A DNA stretch of 64,000 bases from Methanotrichaceae archaeon (lineage in GTDB: Archaea; Halobacteriota; Methanosarcinia; Methanotrichales; Methanotrichaceae), in the NCBI GenBank assembly GCA_963813075.1, contig CAWEXU010000017.1, positions 86,114 to 150,113 of the forward strand, written 5' to 3'. Under the pieces are notes generated by a model. That model did not search any database. It was not told where the DNA came from and was given only the letters and a program-made list of their open reading frames with translations. A program made the translations under genes and the position numbers. Each line of letters opens with the position of its first letter. Positions within the stretch are counted from its first letter, which is position 1. Below, one piece after another: positions 53,040-64,000 of this stretch.

Positions 53040-54038
53040 ATTCGACGTATTAAACTTGCAGTAATTGGATGTGGTGCGGTCGCTGAGATTTTTCATCTCC
53101 CCAATTTGCAGCGTATGCCAGAATTTGAGTTAAAATATCTAGTAGATGTCAGCGAAGCTCGAATTAATGATATAAAAAGGAGACTGAAGATCGACGGAAT
53201 TTCGGAGACTGACTATAAAAAGGTATTATCAAATGAAGAAGTAGATGCCGTTGCGATCTTAACTCCTCCCAAATTTCATCATGAAATGGTGATTGACGCA
53301 GCAGAGGCCGGAAAGCATGTATTCTGCGAGAAGCCTTTTGCAACTAATTCTAGTGAGGCTGAAGATATGGTTAATGCATGTGAAAAAAATGATGTTAAGC
53401 TCATGGTGGGATTTAACTTCAGATTTATTCCTCAGTTCAAGAAAATGAAAGAGCTAATTGATAAGGGCTTTTTCGGAACAATCGTTGGTGGTCATTCTAC
53501 CCTTTTTGCTAACGCCTTTATGTGGCCTAGCGTAAGTAAGTTTCAATATAAAAACAAAGAAGGAGGCGGAGCTTTATTCGAAATGGGAGCCCATCATATA
53601 GATCTAATGAATTGGTTCTACGGAGAAGCAAAAAGCGTAGTTGCACAGATATCCACCCTTACAAACAACTCAATCGATGATACCGCTTCTGTATATCTGC
53701 AGTATAAGAGTAATGCGAACTGTGCCGTTTATGTAGGATGGAATAAACTCAGCGTGAACACGACGACTATTATAGGCCTTGATGGATATGCAACTACTTT
53801 TGCAAATAAAAATGAGATCACTTATTATAGAAAGGATCTGGTTGGCCAAGCACCCATAAGAATAAAAGTTGATAAATCCTTATCGCCCTATCAGGAAGAG
53901 CTGAGACATTTCTATGAATGCATATCGCAGAACAAGAAGGCAATAACGACTGGTAATGAGATAATAAACTCCGTAAAGGTTGTCGAGAAAGCCTATGAAT
54001 CGAGTGAGCTTGGTACGCCTGTATCTTTAAGTGGTTAA
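53040..54038 (+). CDS. Gfo/Idh/MocA family NAD-dependent oxidoreductase
   Basis: In-frame upstream KLAVIGCG; CEKP, GGGALFEMGAHHID. The start appears to be ATT at 53040. Confidence 0.88.
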   Translation: MRRIKLAVIGCGAVAEIFHLPNLQRMPEFELKYLVDVSEARINDIKRRLKIDGISETDYKKVLSNEEVDAVAILTPPKFHHEMVIDAAEAGKHVFCEKPFATNSSEAEDMVNACEKNDVKLMVGFNFRFIPQFKKMKELIDKGFFGTIVGGHSTLFANAFMWPSVSKFQYKNKEGGGALFEMGAHHIDLMNWFYGEAKSVVAQISTLTNNSIDDTASVYLQYKSNANCAVYVGWNKLSVNTTTIIGLDGYATTFANKNEITYYRKDLVGQAPIRIKVDKSLSPYQEELRHFYECISQNKKAITTGNEIINSVKVVEKAYESSELGTPVSLSG

Positions 54039-54039
54039 A

Positions 54040-55109
54040 ATGACCGAGAAAGTAGTCGTTAGAAAGGTCGAAGAGATCTATGAGGATCTGAAAGAAGCAA
54101 TCGAGATGCTAGGTGGTTTTAGCGTCGTTGATGAAGATTTCATTATTATAAAGCCAAACCTCTGCGATTTCAGACCTTCGTGGGAGGGGGGCACGACTGA
54201 TCCCAAGATTGTTGAAGCATTTATAAAACTTATTCAAGAGAATGCAAATCCTCGGATTGCGATCGTTGAAAGCGATCATGCAGTGGCAAGTGCTGATCAG
54301 GAGTTCCAAAGGATGGGATATGAAAGATCTGGCGGAATCCCTCGGAGTAGAACTCGTCAACTTGAGCAAGGACAAAAGATATGATGTAGCTCTGGATGGG
54401 TATTTCTTTGAGACTCTAGAAGTTCCTGAAACTCTTCTAAAAGCAACAAAAATTGTATCAATAGCGAAGCTTAAGACACATGCCCAGCAGAAGATAACCT
54501 GCAACATGAAAAACTTGTTCGGATTTTTGCCACGGAAATCGAAGGCGAAATACCATATATTCATGAACGAGGTGCTAGCAGATTTAAGCGGGTTTTATAA
54601 GCCATCCTTATGCATAATTGATGGAATTGTTGGAATGGAGGGATTTGGACCATCAGATGGCGACAAAAAGGAACTCGGACTGATCATATGCGGAAAAAAT
54701 CCGGTATCATTCGGATTCCGTCGCTGCAAAGATTATGGGATTTGATCCAAATCGTATTCCAAATCTGAAATTTGCAGAAAAAGCGAAGATAGGATCGATT
54801 AAAGATGTGGACATAGATTCTGACATTAGTATTGATTCAATCGAAAGATTTAAATTTGTCCCACTATCTTCATATTTATCTTACAGATTTTCCTTCTGGA
54901 TAAGCAGAATAAGATTCAAGGTAAATAAAGGTATCAATGGCGTTTCTAGTTTTATATCTCAAATGGGTGTAGGTTTTGTCGTTCTTAGTAGGGGCTACCT
55001 ATTTATTCCTGACTTTGGTTTAATTTTGAGAAAAGATGCATATAGATACGCAAAGGGATTAATTATGCGAATGCTTTTGCTATTCAAATTAAAGTTGTTA
55101 CGGGTGTGA
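54040..55109 (+). CDS. DUF362-domain protein (two frameshifts)
   Basis: IKPNL, TTDP, KLKTH...MKNLFG, IIDGI.GMEG.GP. Confidence 0.8.
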
Positions 55110-55115
55110 GGTATC

Positions 55116-56120
55116 ATGAGTGGAAAAGTGGAAGTCTCGATAATTATTCCAACAAAGGATAGGCATAATAATCTCAAAGCATGCGTAGAAACCATAATCC
55201 AGTCGTATTCTTGTTATCCATATAAGGAACTTCTAGTAATAGACGGCAGTGAGGACCTATCTATTAGAGAAATGAACAAGAAGTTCATAGAAAAGGTGGG
55301 AGGTAGGTATTATTTTGAAACTAGAAGAGGAGTTTCTTTAGCTCGTAACACGGGTATAAGGAAATCTTCTGGGGAGATACTTGTATTTGCTGATGATGAC
55401 TTTATCGTCGATAAAAACTGGATTAATAAATTAATTGAAAATTATAAAGATACCGATGTGATGGGTTGTACAGGGCGCATGCTTACTTACAGAAATGACG
55501 AAATAAGCGAATTATACGAAAAATGCATGAGTTTTGATAGAGGCGAAGTGAAACGAATTTTCACAAAAAAAGATATCAGCATTTTAAAACTCCTAAAAAC
55601 GGTTACACTAATAGGAAGTAAACGTCTCTTTGAAAATACCCCGGTTCCCTGGGCTGTAGGTTACGGTTTTTATTCATTCAGGAGAAAAATTTTTGATGAT
55701 ATTGGATATTTCGACGAAAATTTAGGTCGTGGAACAACTTTTGTCGGAGGCGAAGATCCAGATATTTTCTATCGGATATTAAAACATAATTACAAAATGG
55801 TGTACGATCCAAATGCCATAATCTACCATAATCATCGACAAAAATATGAAGATATTTTAAAGGACGCTCATAATGGTGGAAAATTTATAAAAGCTATCAC
55901 AACTAAGTATATAATGGAAAAAGATGTTTATATGTTATTTATATTTTTTGGAGAATTCTTTCTATTGCTTTTCACGTTGCTTAATTCTCTATTTAAATCA
56001 GACGAAAATTTTAAAAAAATGATTGGAAACGAATTTAAAGGATTCTTGGAGGGACCTATATATAAAAATATAAATCAGAGGATTCCTAAAAACCTGGCTT
56101 TAAAACATCCTTATTCCTGA
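55116..56120 (+). CDS. GT2 glycosyltransferase
   Basis: IIIPTKDR, ARNTG, FADDD, GGED. The last ~14 codons read into an inverted-repeat element. Confidence 0.88.
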   Translation: MSGKVEVSIIIPTKDRHNNLKACVETIIQSYSCYPYKELLVIDGSEDLSIREMNKKFIEKVGGRYYFETRRGVSLARNTGIRKSSGEILVFADDDFIVDKNWINKLIENYKDTDVMGCTGRMLTYRNDEISELYEKCMSFDRGEVKRIFTKKDISILKLLKTVTLIGSKRLFENTPVPWAVGYGFYSFRRKIFDDIGYFDENLGRGTTFVGGEDPDIFYRILKHNYKMVYDPNAIIYHNHRQKYEDILKDAHNGGKFIKAITTKYIMEKDVYMLFIFFGEFFLLLFTLLNSLFKSDENFKKMIGNEFKGFLEGPIYKNINQRIPKNLALKHPYS

Positions 56121-57191
56121 GATCTGGTGTGTTGGTTAACTATTTAAACTAGTAAAATATAATAATTATAACATGACTTATGAGGATAAACGCGATTGGC
56201 CCGAATATAATGAGCACTTAGTTAGATGAGGCTGGTTTTACCTGAGCACCGATTTTGTGAAGAACTGGGATGATGAACTTAAAAAGATGAACAAGTCCAA
56301 GAATGGCCGTCCCTATCGCTATCCAGAGACGTTCATACAGTTTTGTGGTTTGACTGGTACACCTTCCTCATTTGCCATATCACCCGCTTGAAGGATTTTT
56401 GCAGGCATTGAGCGGATTTGTCCCGGGCTTAAAATCCGCTGACTATACAACCTTGTTGCAGAGAATCTCGAATTTAGAATTGAACATACCAATACCCGAT
56501 AACGATGTTGTTGTAGCGGTCGACTCGACTGGCATGAAGGTTACAAGCAGAGGAGACTGGATGAGAGAAAAGCATGGCATCGAACGCAAAGGTTGGATCA
56601 AGGTGCATGTCGCAGTTGATGTTGAGACGAGACGACCAATAACCTTTGAGATAATCGATGAGAGAACAACCGATCAAGAGATGGTAAAGCCACTACTAGA
56701 CGATGTCAAAGTAAAGGACGCCCTGATGGACGGAGCTTACGACAAAGAAGATGTATTCAAGTTCATGAAAGGAAAGGGCATGGAGATGCCCGGAATCAAG
56801 ATCAGAAAGAATGCCATCGTTAAAGCAGACACGGAAAGGGGGGAATTTGTTCTCGAATTCAAAAAGTATGGGTACGATGGCTGGAAAATCGTTCATGGCT
56901 ATGGTAGGAGGTGGGCTGCTGAAAGCGTCTTCTCTGCTATTAAGAGAATTTTTGGGGAGACTGTGAGGGCTACCTCTGTAGAAGGCATGTATTGCGAAGT
57001 ACGCCGAATGCTCGCATTTTATACTATAATTTTAGGCGTATAGCAGTTTGGTGAAGATTTCGAAAAAAATACGGAAAAACAAATTTATCTAAAAGAGATT
57101 ATCCAACAGCACCATAATGTTAAAATAACTTGAAAAAATAGCCGATCTCAAGAATAAAGATGTTTTAAAGCCGGGTTTTTAGGAATACTCT
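56077..57191. mobile_element. MITE-like element with 48-bp inverted repeats, interrupted by an IS5-family element
   Basis: 56077-56124 and the reverse complement of 57144-57191 match at 44/48. Confidence 0.7.
56126..57113 (+). mobile_element. IS5-family element with degenerate transposase (56173-57043)
   Basis: TIRs GGTG-TGTTGGTTAA / GGTGCTGTTGGATAA; RDWPEYN, DSTG, DGAYD, RWAAESVFS; premature TGA at 56226 plus a frameshift. Confidence 0.88.
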
Positions 57192-57280
57192 AAGATTATC
57201 CATTAAAAATTTCCCAATAACTTGATTTCCTAGAAAAACTTTAATTTGTAGTTAAATTACAAGATATCATTTATTTGCTA

Positions 57281-58534
57281 GTGCTTAGCTTCCAAAATAA
57301 CATAGCAATATTTTAATACCAGGACCCCAATCTGATATCATGCCATTTGTGAGTGCTCGCCCTGCTTTGCAGTTAACTGAAGAAGATCTTGAGTACGTTA
57401 ATAGAGCTAGTAAGTCAAGAACGCTACCGGAAAGTGCAGTTGAGCGTGCTAAGATCCTTCTTGAATACTATGAGCGCAAATCAATTTCGCAAATTGCGCG
57501 AGACTTAGGCACCAATAGGCCCAAAGTTGAGCGTACGATTGACAAGGCCTTTGCTTATGGAATTTATGCCGCATTGGAAGATCTACCAAGAAGCGGCAGA
57601 CCGCGAAAAATATCATCAGGCGCAAGAACATGGATTCTGTCTCTTGCTTGCTCAAAACCACTGGACCACGGATATCCATACGAATTATGGACACAACGTT
57701 TATTAGCAGAACATATCAGGAATCATTGTTTGGATAATGGTTTTCCAGAATTATCAAAGTTATCTCGTGGCACAGTCTCTAAAATACTTGGCGCGAGCAA
57801 TGTTAAGCCCCATAAAATTTCGTCATACCTTGCTCCAATCGATCCCGAATTTGAGTCAAAAAGCGTTGTTGTACTACATACCTATAAGCAGGTGGAATTG
57901 CTCCAACAGATGTCTAAAGAAAATAAGCCGCTCGATATGGTTATCATTTCATATGATGAGAAGCCGGGAATCCAAGCTATTGAAAATAAATATTTGGATT
58001 TAATGCCTGCATTAGGCAAATATGCCACGCTTTCCCGCGATTATGAATATATAAGGCATGGCACAGTATCTCTGCTCGCAGGAATTGATCTTTTGACAGG
58101 CACAGTTCATTATAGGATATTCGATAGGCATAGAAGTAAGGAGTTCGTTGAATTCTTAAAATGTGTCGATTCAGCCTATCCAAAAGATATAAAAATAATT
58201 ATTATTCTCGACAATGTTAGTGTACATACCTCAAAGGAAACTAAGAGCTATCTCAAAACAGTTCCGCAACGCTTTCATTTTTTCTTTACACCAAAACATG
58301 CCTCATGGCTAAATATAATCGAGAGCCTATTCAGCAAAATGACTGGAAGCATGCTGAGGGGGATTCGTGTATCATCCAAAAAAGAGTTGAAGGATCGCAT
58401 GAGTCAATACATAGACGACATGAATGAAACTCCAACAATATTTAAATGGAAGTACAAAATGGATAAAATGGCGGGAGGGATTGTTGTCGATAAGAACGAC
58501 GGGGTATTGATATGTTAATTAGGAACTGCTACAC
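57281..58534 (+). mobile_element. Complete IS630-family element
   Basis: Imperfect TIRs GTGCTTAGCTTCC / GGAACTGCTACAC, flanked by a duplicated TA within CTAG. Confidence 0.93.
57340..58518 (+). CDS. IS630-family transposase (intact, 392 aa)
   Basis: HTH plus DDE domain, single ORF. Confidence 0.93.
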   Translation: MPFVSARPALQLTEEDLEYVNRASKSRTLPESAVERAKILLEYYERKSISQIARDLGTNRPKVERTIDKAFAYGIYAALEDLPRSGRPRKISSGARTWILSLACSKPLDHGYPYELWTQRLLAEHIRNHCLDNGFPELSKLSRGTVSKILGASNVKPHKISSYLAPIDPEFESKSVVVLHTYKQVELLQQMSKENKPLDMVIISYDEKPGIQAIENKYLDLMPALGKYATLSRDYEYIRHGTVSLLAGIDLLTGTVHYRIFDRHRSKEFVEFLKCVDSAYPKDIKIIIILDNVSVHTSKETKSYLKTVPQRFHFFFTPKHASWLNIIESLFSKMTGSMLRGIRVSSKKELKDRMSQYIDDMNETPTIFKWKYKMDKMAGGIVVDKNDGVLIC

Positions 58535-58567
58535 TAGTTTCTAATGAAGGATTAGGGAGAGGGGTGC

Positions 58568-60264
58568 ATGATTAGTATGATTCAAAAATCCATACCAATA
58601 AGATTACATTCAAAGATAATCTGCATCATTATAAACTTATGTTTTATATTATTTTTGTATAATATCTTCCAAATAAAATGGGTTGTTATAGACATTAATG
58701 ATTTTTTGGGCTTAACATCGCATTTGACGATTTACTATTGGTTAGGCTTGTCAACAATTACTATATGTTCTATAATTATCTATCTAGATAATGAGCTTAA
58801 GGATACTGTTGTATTCATAGGTGCCCTATTTATAGTTGCTCTATTTTTATTTGGATTAGGCGTCTTCGCAGAGGAGAATGCTAGGTTTATTGTCTCGTAT
58901 TATCCTACGGCTGAAGTAAAAACCGTCTTGGAGACGCACCACATAGATACAATTTCGGTCTATCCTTTGATATCTTACCGAAGCTGGCCAGCATTCCACT
59001 TAATAACTGCTTCAATTTTATACCTAAGCGGAATTAGTCTCGACAATTTAATTAAATATATGCCTTTATTTTGGTCAACATGTGTTATTTTTGTTACATT
59101 CGCAATAGGTCGACGCATTAAGTTTTCTTTAAATGAGTCGTTCTTACTATCTTTCTTATTTATTTCGTCTTTTTGGTTGCCTCAGTATTATTATAGCCCA
59201 CAATCTTTCGCATTTATAATTTATATTATATTATTTATTTGTATATTTTCTCAAAAGAATATAAATTTCATAGGGCTATCTTTATTAACTTTTAGTTCAC
59301 TGGTGATTACTCACTTAGTAACATCTATTGTAGTAATTTTATCACTTTTTACCCAAGGGCTATGTAGAAATGGACTTAGCTATACTAAATTGATGTGTAA
59401 GATCAGATTCAACTATCGTATACTCCTATTCATTGCTATTTTTATTATATGGATTCTTTATCTGGCCCCACTTGTGTTTACAACTGGTATGTTAGAATTT
59501 AAAAATCAAGTAATGAATTTAGATTTGTTCTCAGAAAATATAAAATTTAGTGCAACTTCTAAAACGAAAGAATTATTAATATGTTTCGATTTTCATATTT
59601 TGGTATTTATGCTTTATGTGGATTTATTTCTAGTATTTTATTCTTAACACGAAAAGTGGACAAGAGACACGAACAGGTACTAATATTTTCTTACAAATGG
59701 TCGATTGGTGTTTTGTTTTTAATTTTATTGAAAATACGGATTTGAGCAATTTGAAAGGGTATACATGTTTTGTTTGAGTCCCAGTCATGTTGATTATTAT
59801 TTTATCTATTTCAGAAAAAAAATTATGATATTATTGATGGTTCTGTTTATTGCTTTGCACGTTCCTGCGCATTACGGAAGTGAAAGTTATGATATGGTAT
59901 ACACATCCAAAATTGAAGGTAGCAAGTTTTTTGGAATTCAAGTCGCTCCAGCTACCATTGAAAGAAATTATTGTTCTGGACACGGTGGTTTTTGTTTAGT
60001 GTCCTATTTTAATCACAATTTGGTTACAACACCAAGGGCAAATTTTGCAAATTTCAAAAAATATGATATAATCGAAATATTTAATAAATTCTCTCAGTTG
60101 CATTTATTATTGATGACAAACAATCTGATAATTATTATAAATACTACTATAACTATAATCCTACCCATTTATATTAGAAAATAAAACCAATCAAAATGAT
60201 CTGTATATAATATATGATCGTGGGATTAAATTTATTTATTAATAATGGGATTATAAGTCAATAA
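58568..60264 (+). CDS. Large polytopic membrane protein, DUF2206-like (possible GT-C/polymerase), frameshifted; end approximate
   Basis: More than 10 TM segments, Y.SWPAFH, YSPQS, ITH..TS motifs; located in a glycan cluster; very AT-rich. Confidence 0.6.
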
Positions 60265-60274
60265 GGTGAGAAAA

Positions 60275-61537
60275 ATGAAGAAAAATACTAATCACTACGG
60301 CGGGTAAGCTTCCGAACAGGGAGAGATGGCGATGGTATTAGCACTCATCTCTTCTTTAAAAAAACGTACCTAATATCTCTTTTTTACTATATTATCGAAA
60401 CGATTTGCGGTGGACCGCAAAAATTATAAAAAATATAACTTAACCTAAATGTAATTGAACAACATTGGATCAAAAAAAACAATTCAAATTTAAAGACACT
60501 TTTATTTGCAGGCCTTGAGACTTCTCGGACCTTCATTTACGGAATATTATGGAGAATGTTAAATAATTTGAACTTTGATTTGAAATCTCCCTATATAAAT
60601 GTGTTCCGGCAGCATAATCATTATAGAGCTTTAGGAGACTGCTTTACCGATGGATATGGTGCTATTCCGTATTTTTTTTTTATTTCCTCTAGTTATGGGT
60701 ATCCTGCTTAAAAAAGATGTTATCATCTATGCTCAATAGATACGGCCATTTGAGAGCAATATAATGAAACATATTGGCAAAATTATACTGAATCGGTGTA
60801 AATTAGTTACAATAAGGGAAGATATAACCAAAAATTATTTGGAGAAAATCGAATAAATGAGTTTTCTCTACAGCGGATTCTGCCTTTCTCTTGGACCCTA
60901 TGCCTCTCAAAAAAATAGATGGCGTTATCCTACACGACAGTAAACCTTTGATTGGAATATGTTTGCGTTGAATATCTGCATCGCTGCTCGAAACTGAATG
61001 GTAGCAAAACTGAGTACAACACTCGTGCGCAATTGTGATGGTGAAAGTTATTGATTATCTAACAGAACAATTAGATGCTAATGTTTTCTTATACCCCATG
61101 TTTATGATACTGTTGGAGGGCACGATGATGGTGCAATGAGTGAGTACTTATATACAAAAATCAAAGAATAAAAATAGAATTAAAAATTGATGAAGGGGAT
61201 TATTCTCCAGATATTCTAAAAGAGATAATTGGTACATTGCGATTTATTTATTGGATCTAGGATGCATTCAACTATGACTGCGGTATCAACATATGTTCCA
61301 ACAATAGCGATAGCTTATAGCCATGACACGAGGTGGAATTATTGGTACTCTGCTGTTGAACCAAGGAAGAATACGTTATAATATGAAAGATATGGAATAT
61401 GACAATATAGTATCTAAAATACATAGCGCTTGGAAAGATCGGAAAATGATTAAAACTGAGAAATTAAAATACCCGTTATGAAAGAAGAAATCCGCGCTTA
61501 ACGGCAAGCTAGTTAAAGAAATATTGTGTTTCTTAAA
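60275..61537 (+). pseudogene. Polysaccharide pyruvyl transferase (WcaK-like), heavily frameshifted; absent from the ORF track
   Basis: Manual translation: KILITT...NRGEMAM at the start; DLFIGSRMHSTMTAVSTYVPTIAIAYSH at about 61241-61324. Confidence 0.75.
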
Positions 61538-61549
61538 TCGTGGTAGTCA

Positions 61550-64000
61550 TGGACTGAACCTAATTGGACAAATAGTTAAGCAATGGTATTTAAGGCAACC
61601 TCCACTTCGAACTGAACCGGAGATCTGTCATTGAGAGCTGAATGCAGCCTATTATGGTTGTACACATTTTCAATAAAGTTGCATATGTTCCTGGATGCAT
61701 CTTCATCTGTCATCGGTTAAGGACATTTAGGACAAGTGTTATACAATATTGTCTTTTTGTACTTGGCATATTTTTAATTCATGTTTAGATATATATAGGA
61801 GCTGTGATCTAATTATCCCTCAAGAAGGGGTAGCAAATGGCAGCAGAACGCTCGTTAGCAGAGCAAAGTTTCATAGAGACGGATTTATGCACGATGTTCT
61901 CGCCGGACTTTTTGAGGAAAACTGCGGCAGAGACTGGTTTAATAAAGCGTGAACGTAAAATCGATGCGGTCATCATATTTTGGGTTTTAGTTCTGAGTTT
62001 CGGAGTCCGTCTTCAGAGATCGCTGGCTAGTTTGAAGCGAAGTTATGAAAAAGAAGCGAACGAAAACTAAGTGATAGTAGCTGGTATATGTGTTCTTCAT
62101 GGAATTGAATACCTTGCGCAAGAACAAAGTTATAATCTTGATAAGAAGTTATTTCAGTTTCGAGACGTTTTGATCCAAGATAGCACAATAATTCGACTTC
62201 ATTCAAGTCTAGCAAAGCTCTACCCAGCGGCCCGATCCAAAGGAGAAGCTACTGGCCTTAAGATTGCGGTTCTTGTCAGTGCAGTTGGAAACACCCCGAA
62301 AGCGTTGCTATACACAACGAACGTACCAATGAGCTAAAGACTATCAAAGTCGGCCCCATGGATAAAAGGGAAGATACTGCTCATTGATCTTGGTTTCTAT
62401 AAATATCAACTATTTGCCAGAATAGCTGAAACAGGAGGTTATTTAGTCACTCGATTAAAGGATAACTCAAATCCGCTTATTATAAAGGCAAATAGATCCT
62501 GGAGAGGTCAGAGTATAGATGTGTGCGGAGCATATCTACAAGATGTGTTACCCAAGCTCAAACGACAAATTTTGGATGTGGAGATTGAGGTTTCCTTTAA
62601 GCGCAGAGCATATAAAGGAGTAAAAAGACCCGATACACATCGATTCCGTCTTGTCGCTATCTATAATGATGAAGATGAAAAATATCATACATATATTACT
62701 AATATTAACTCAGATATTCTTGAGCCGGAGGATATCGGAAAGCTTTACGGAGCTAGATGGGATATCGAATTGATGTTTAAAGAGCTAAAGAGCAGGTATG
62801 CATTAGACGCCCTGGATACTAAAAATCCTTTGATAATTGAAGCTCTTATATGGGTTGCGATCTTAACACTTCTTGTTAGCAGGAGAACATATTTTAATGT
62901 TAGGAAAATTCATCCAGGAAAAAATATTGTAAGATTCACTCAACTTCGATGGAGCATTATCTTCGCGGAGAATGCAGATGATCAGCTGACTCTTATTCTA
63001 CGATATCTGGGAATAACGAGGACTTGGGAAACTCTAGCAGGTGTTTATGATAGTCAAGCCCTAGACCCCCATGTAAACCGTGAACGCTTTAGAGCTGAGT
63101 GGTGGGCTTAACCGATGACCAATGGATGCATCTTCAAATGTCTCATATTCATTGAGATATACCTCCCTCGACCTTTCAGTGTTTTTATAAAACTCTCCGC
63201 AAAAGCATTGTCATAAGGATTTCCTTTTCTCGACATGCTGATCTGGATGTCATACGCCTGGTGACAGTCTACATAATCTTGGACGCATACTCAACGCCTT
63301 GATCGGAATGTGAATAAGACCTAAAGGGACTTGCTTGGTACGGTTCTTCAGATGCCTTTGCCAGAGCACTCATGGCCAGATCGCTTCTTATGCTCCGGCT
63401 CAGCTCCCACCCAATGCACTTTCTGTGTAGAGATATAGGATAACCGCTGAAAAGCATATGCTCATGCTGCAGCTGGACATAAGTGATATCAGAAGCCCAT
63501 GCCTGGTTCAGTCCCGTGATTTCCCTGCCTTTTAGAAGGTTAGGATAAACGGGCAGACCATGAGTGGAATCGGTTGTTATCGGCTTGAACAACTTCCTAT
63601 CGCAAAGCAACTTCTCCTAGCGCATGAGCCTCAGCACGCGCTATGGTTGACCGCGTAGCCGCGATTTTGAAGTTCTGCTGTGATCCTCCTTTACCCGTGA
63701 TCAGGAAACTCCAAAGCTATCTCTTGAATCTGGTTAATCAATCTGAAGATTCGCTATTCTCCGCGGGGATCTCTTTAGGCCGTTCAACCATCGTCGTGAC
63801 CCGCTGCGACTCAAATCCAGCGCCAGGCAGGAGTGAGATATTGGCAACAGGAGGCCATCTGATTGAGCTTCCTGGATGATCATGTGTCGCCCCTCAACAT
63901 CGGCTTTAGTCTTCTCCTCCGGACCTTCTTCTGGGTCATGGCGAAGGCTTGGAACCGATTGGCGTCGGCCTGGCCCAGAAGTCTCACAAGCAGATCCGTG
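61550..64000 (-). mobile_element. Degenerate IS3-family element (runs past the window end), interrupted by IS4
   Basis: WASDITY, HSDQG, GNPYDNAFAESF.KT, and YN..RLHSAL..SP on the far side of the IS4; TG terminus at 61550; many stops and frameshifts. Confidence 0.85.
61704..63124 (+). mobile_element. IS4-family (ISH8-like) element with degenerate transposase (61837-63111)
   Basis: 18-bp TIRs CAT(CT/TG)GTCATCGGTTAAG; 10-bp target duplication GATGCATCTT; QDSTII, DLGFY, YGARWDIELMFKELK. Confidence 0.92.

Noticed and set aside
56226..56228. Selenocysteine TGA in the IS5 transposase
   Set aside because: The position fits a CGA-to-TGA nonsense change in an element that also has a frameshift.
1..58534. 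57-kb composite transposon bounded by the two IS630 copies
   Set aside because: The interior is core housekeeping DNA, and the right copy has its own TA duplication, consistent with independent insertions.

Overview
Archaeal chromosomal window from a methanogen of the Methanosarcinales/Methanotrichales, most like Methanothrix. This is inferred from MC1 chromatin protein, cofC/cofE, ahbC-type haem pathway, GatD, Rpl10e, aIF2-beta-TRAM and Rpp21. Layout: (1) 1-6.7 kb, a Type I restriction-modification operon (hsdR-hsdM-hsdS) whose hsdS is cut by an IS630 element. (2) 6.7-43 kb, mostly housekeeping genes: a papain-like protease with three C-terminal repeats, translation and F420 genes, HflX, SRP19, stand-alone NifB, alanine dehydrogenase, hemL-hemC-cobA/hemD-ahbC, LarC, TrkH-TrkA-TrkH and glycogen hydrolases. 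(3) 43-64 kb, an accessory surface-glycan region: CPBP protease, a Ser/Thr-rich small membrane protein, YdjM-like hydrolases (one fused to a GT2), several GT2s, a low-GC sugar-modification block, a VapBC-like module and nested IS elements (IS5, IS630, IS4 inside IS3). The most notable unexplained signal is a ~155-bp GC-rich multi-hairpin repeat ('A') in three copies. Its stems are preserved across divergent copies, and it lies upstream of and co-oriented with both defence modules (RM operon and TA pair). Together with a second repeat ('B') it brackets the TA pair as A-B...B-A. Many ordinary genes carry 1-nt indels, so frameshifts are probably largely sequencing or assembly errors. No rRNA, tRNA or CRISPR array was seen. 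All family assignments are from recognition of motifs by eye, not database searches.
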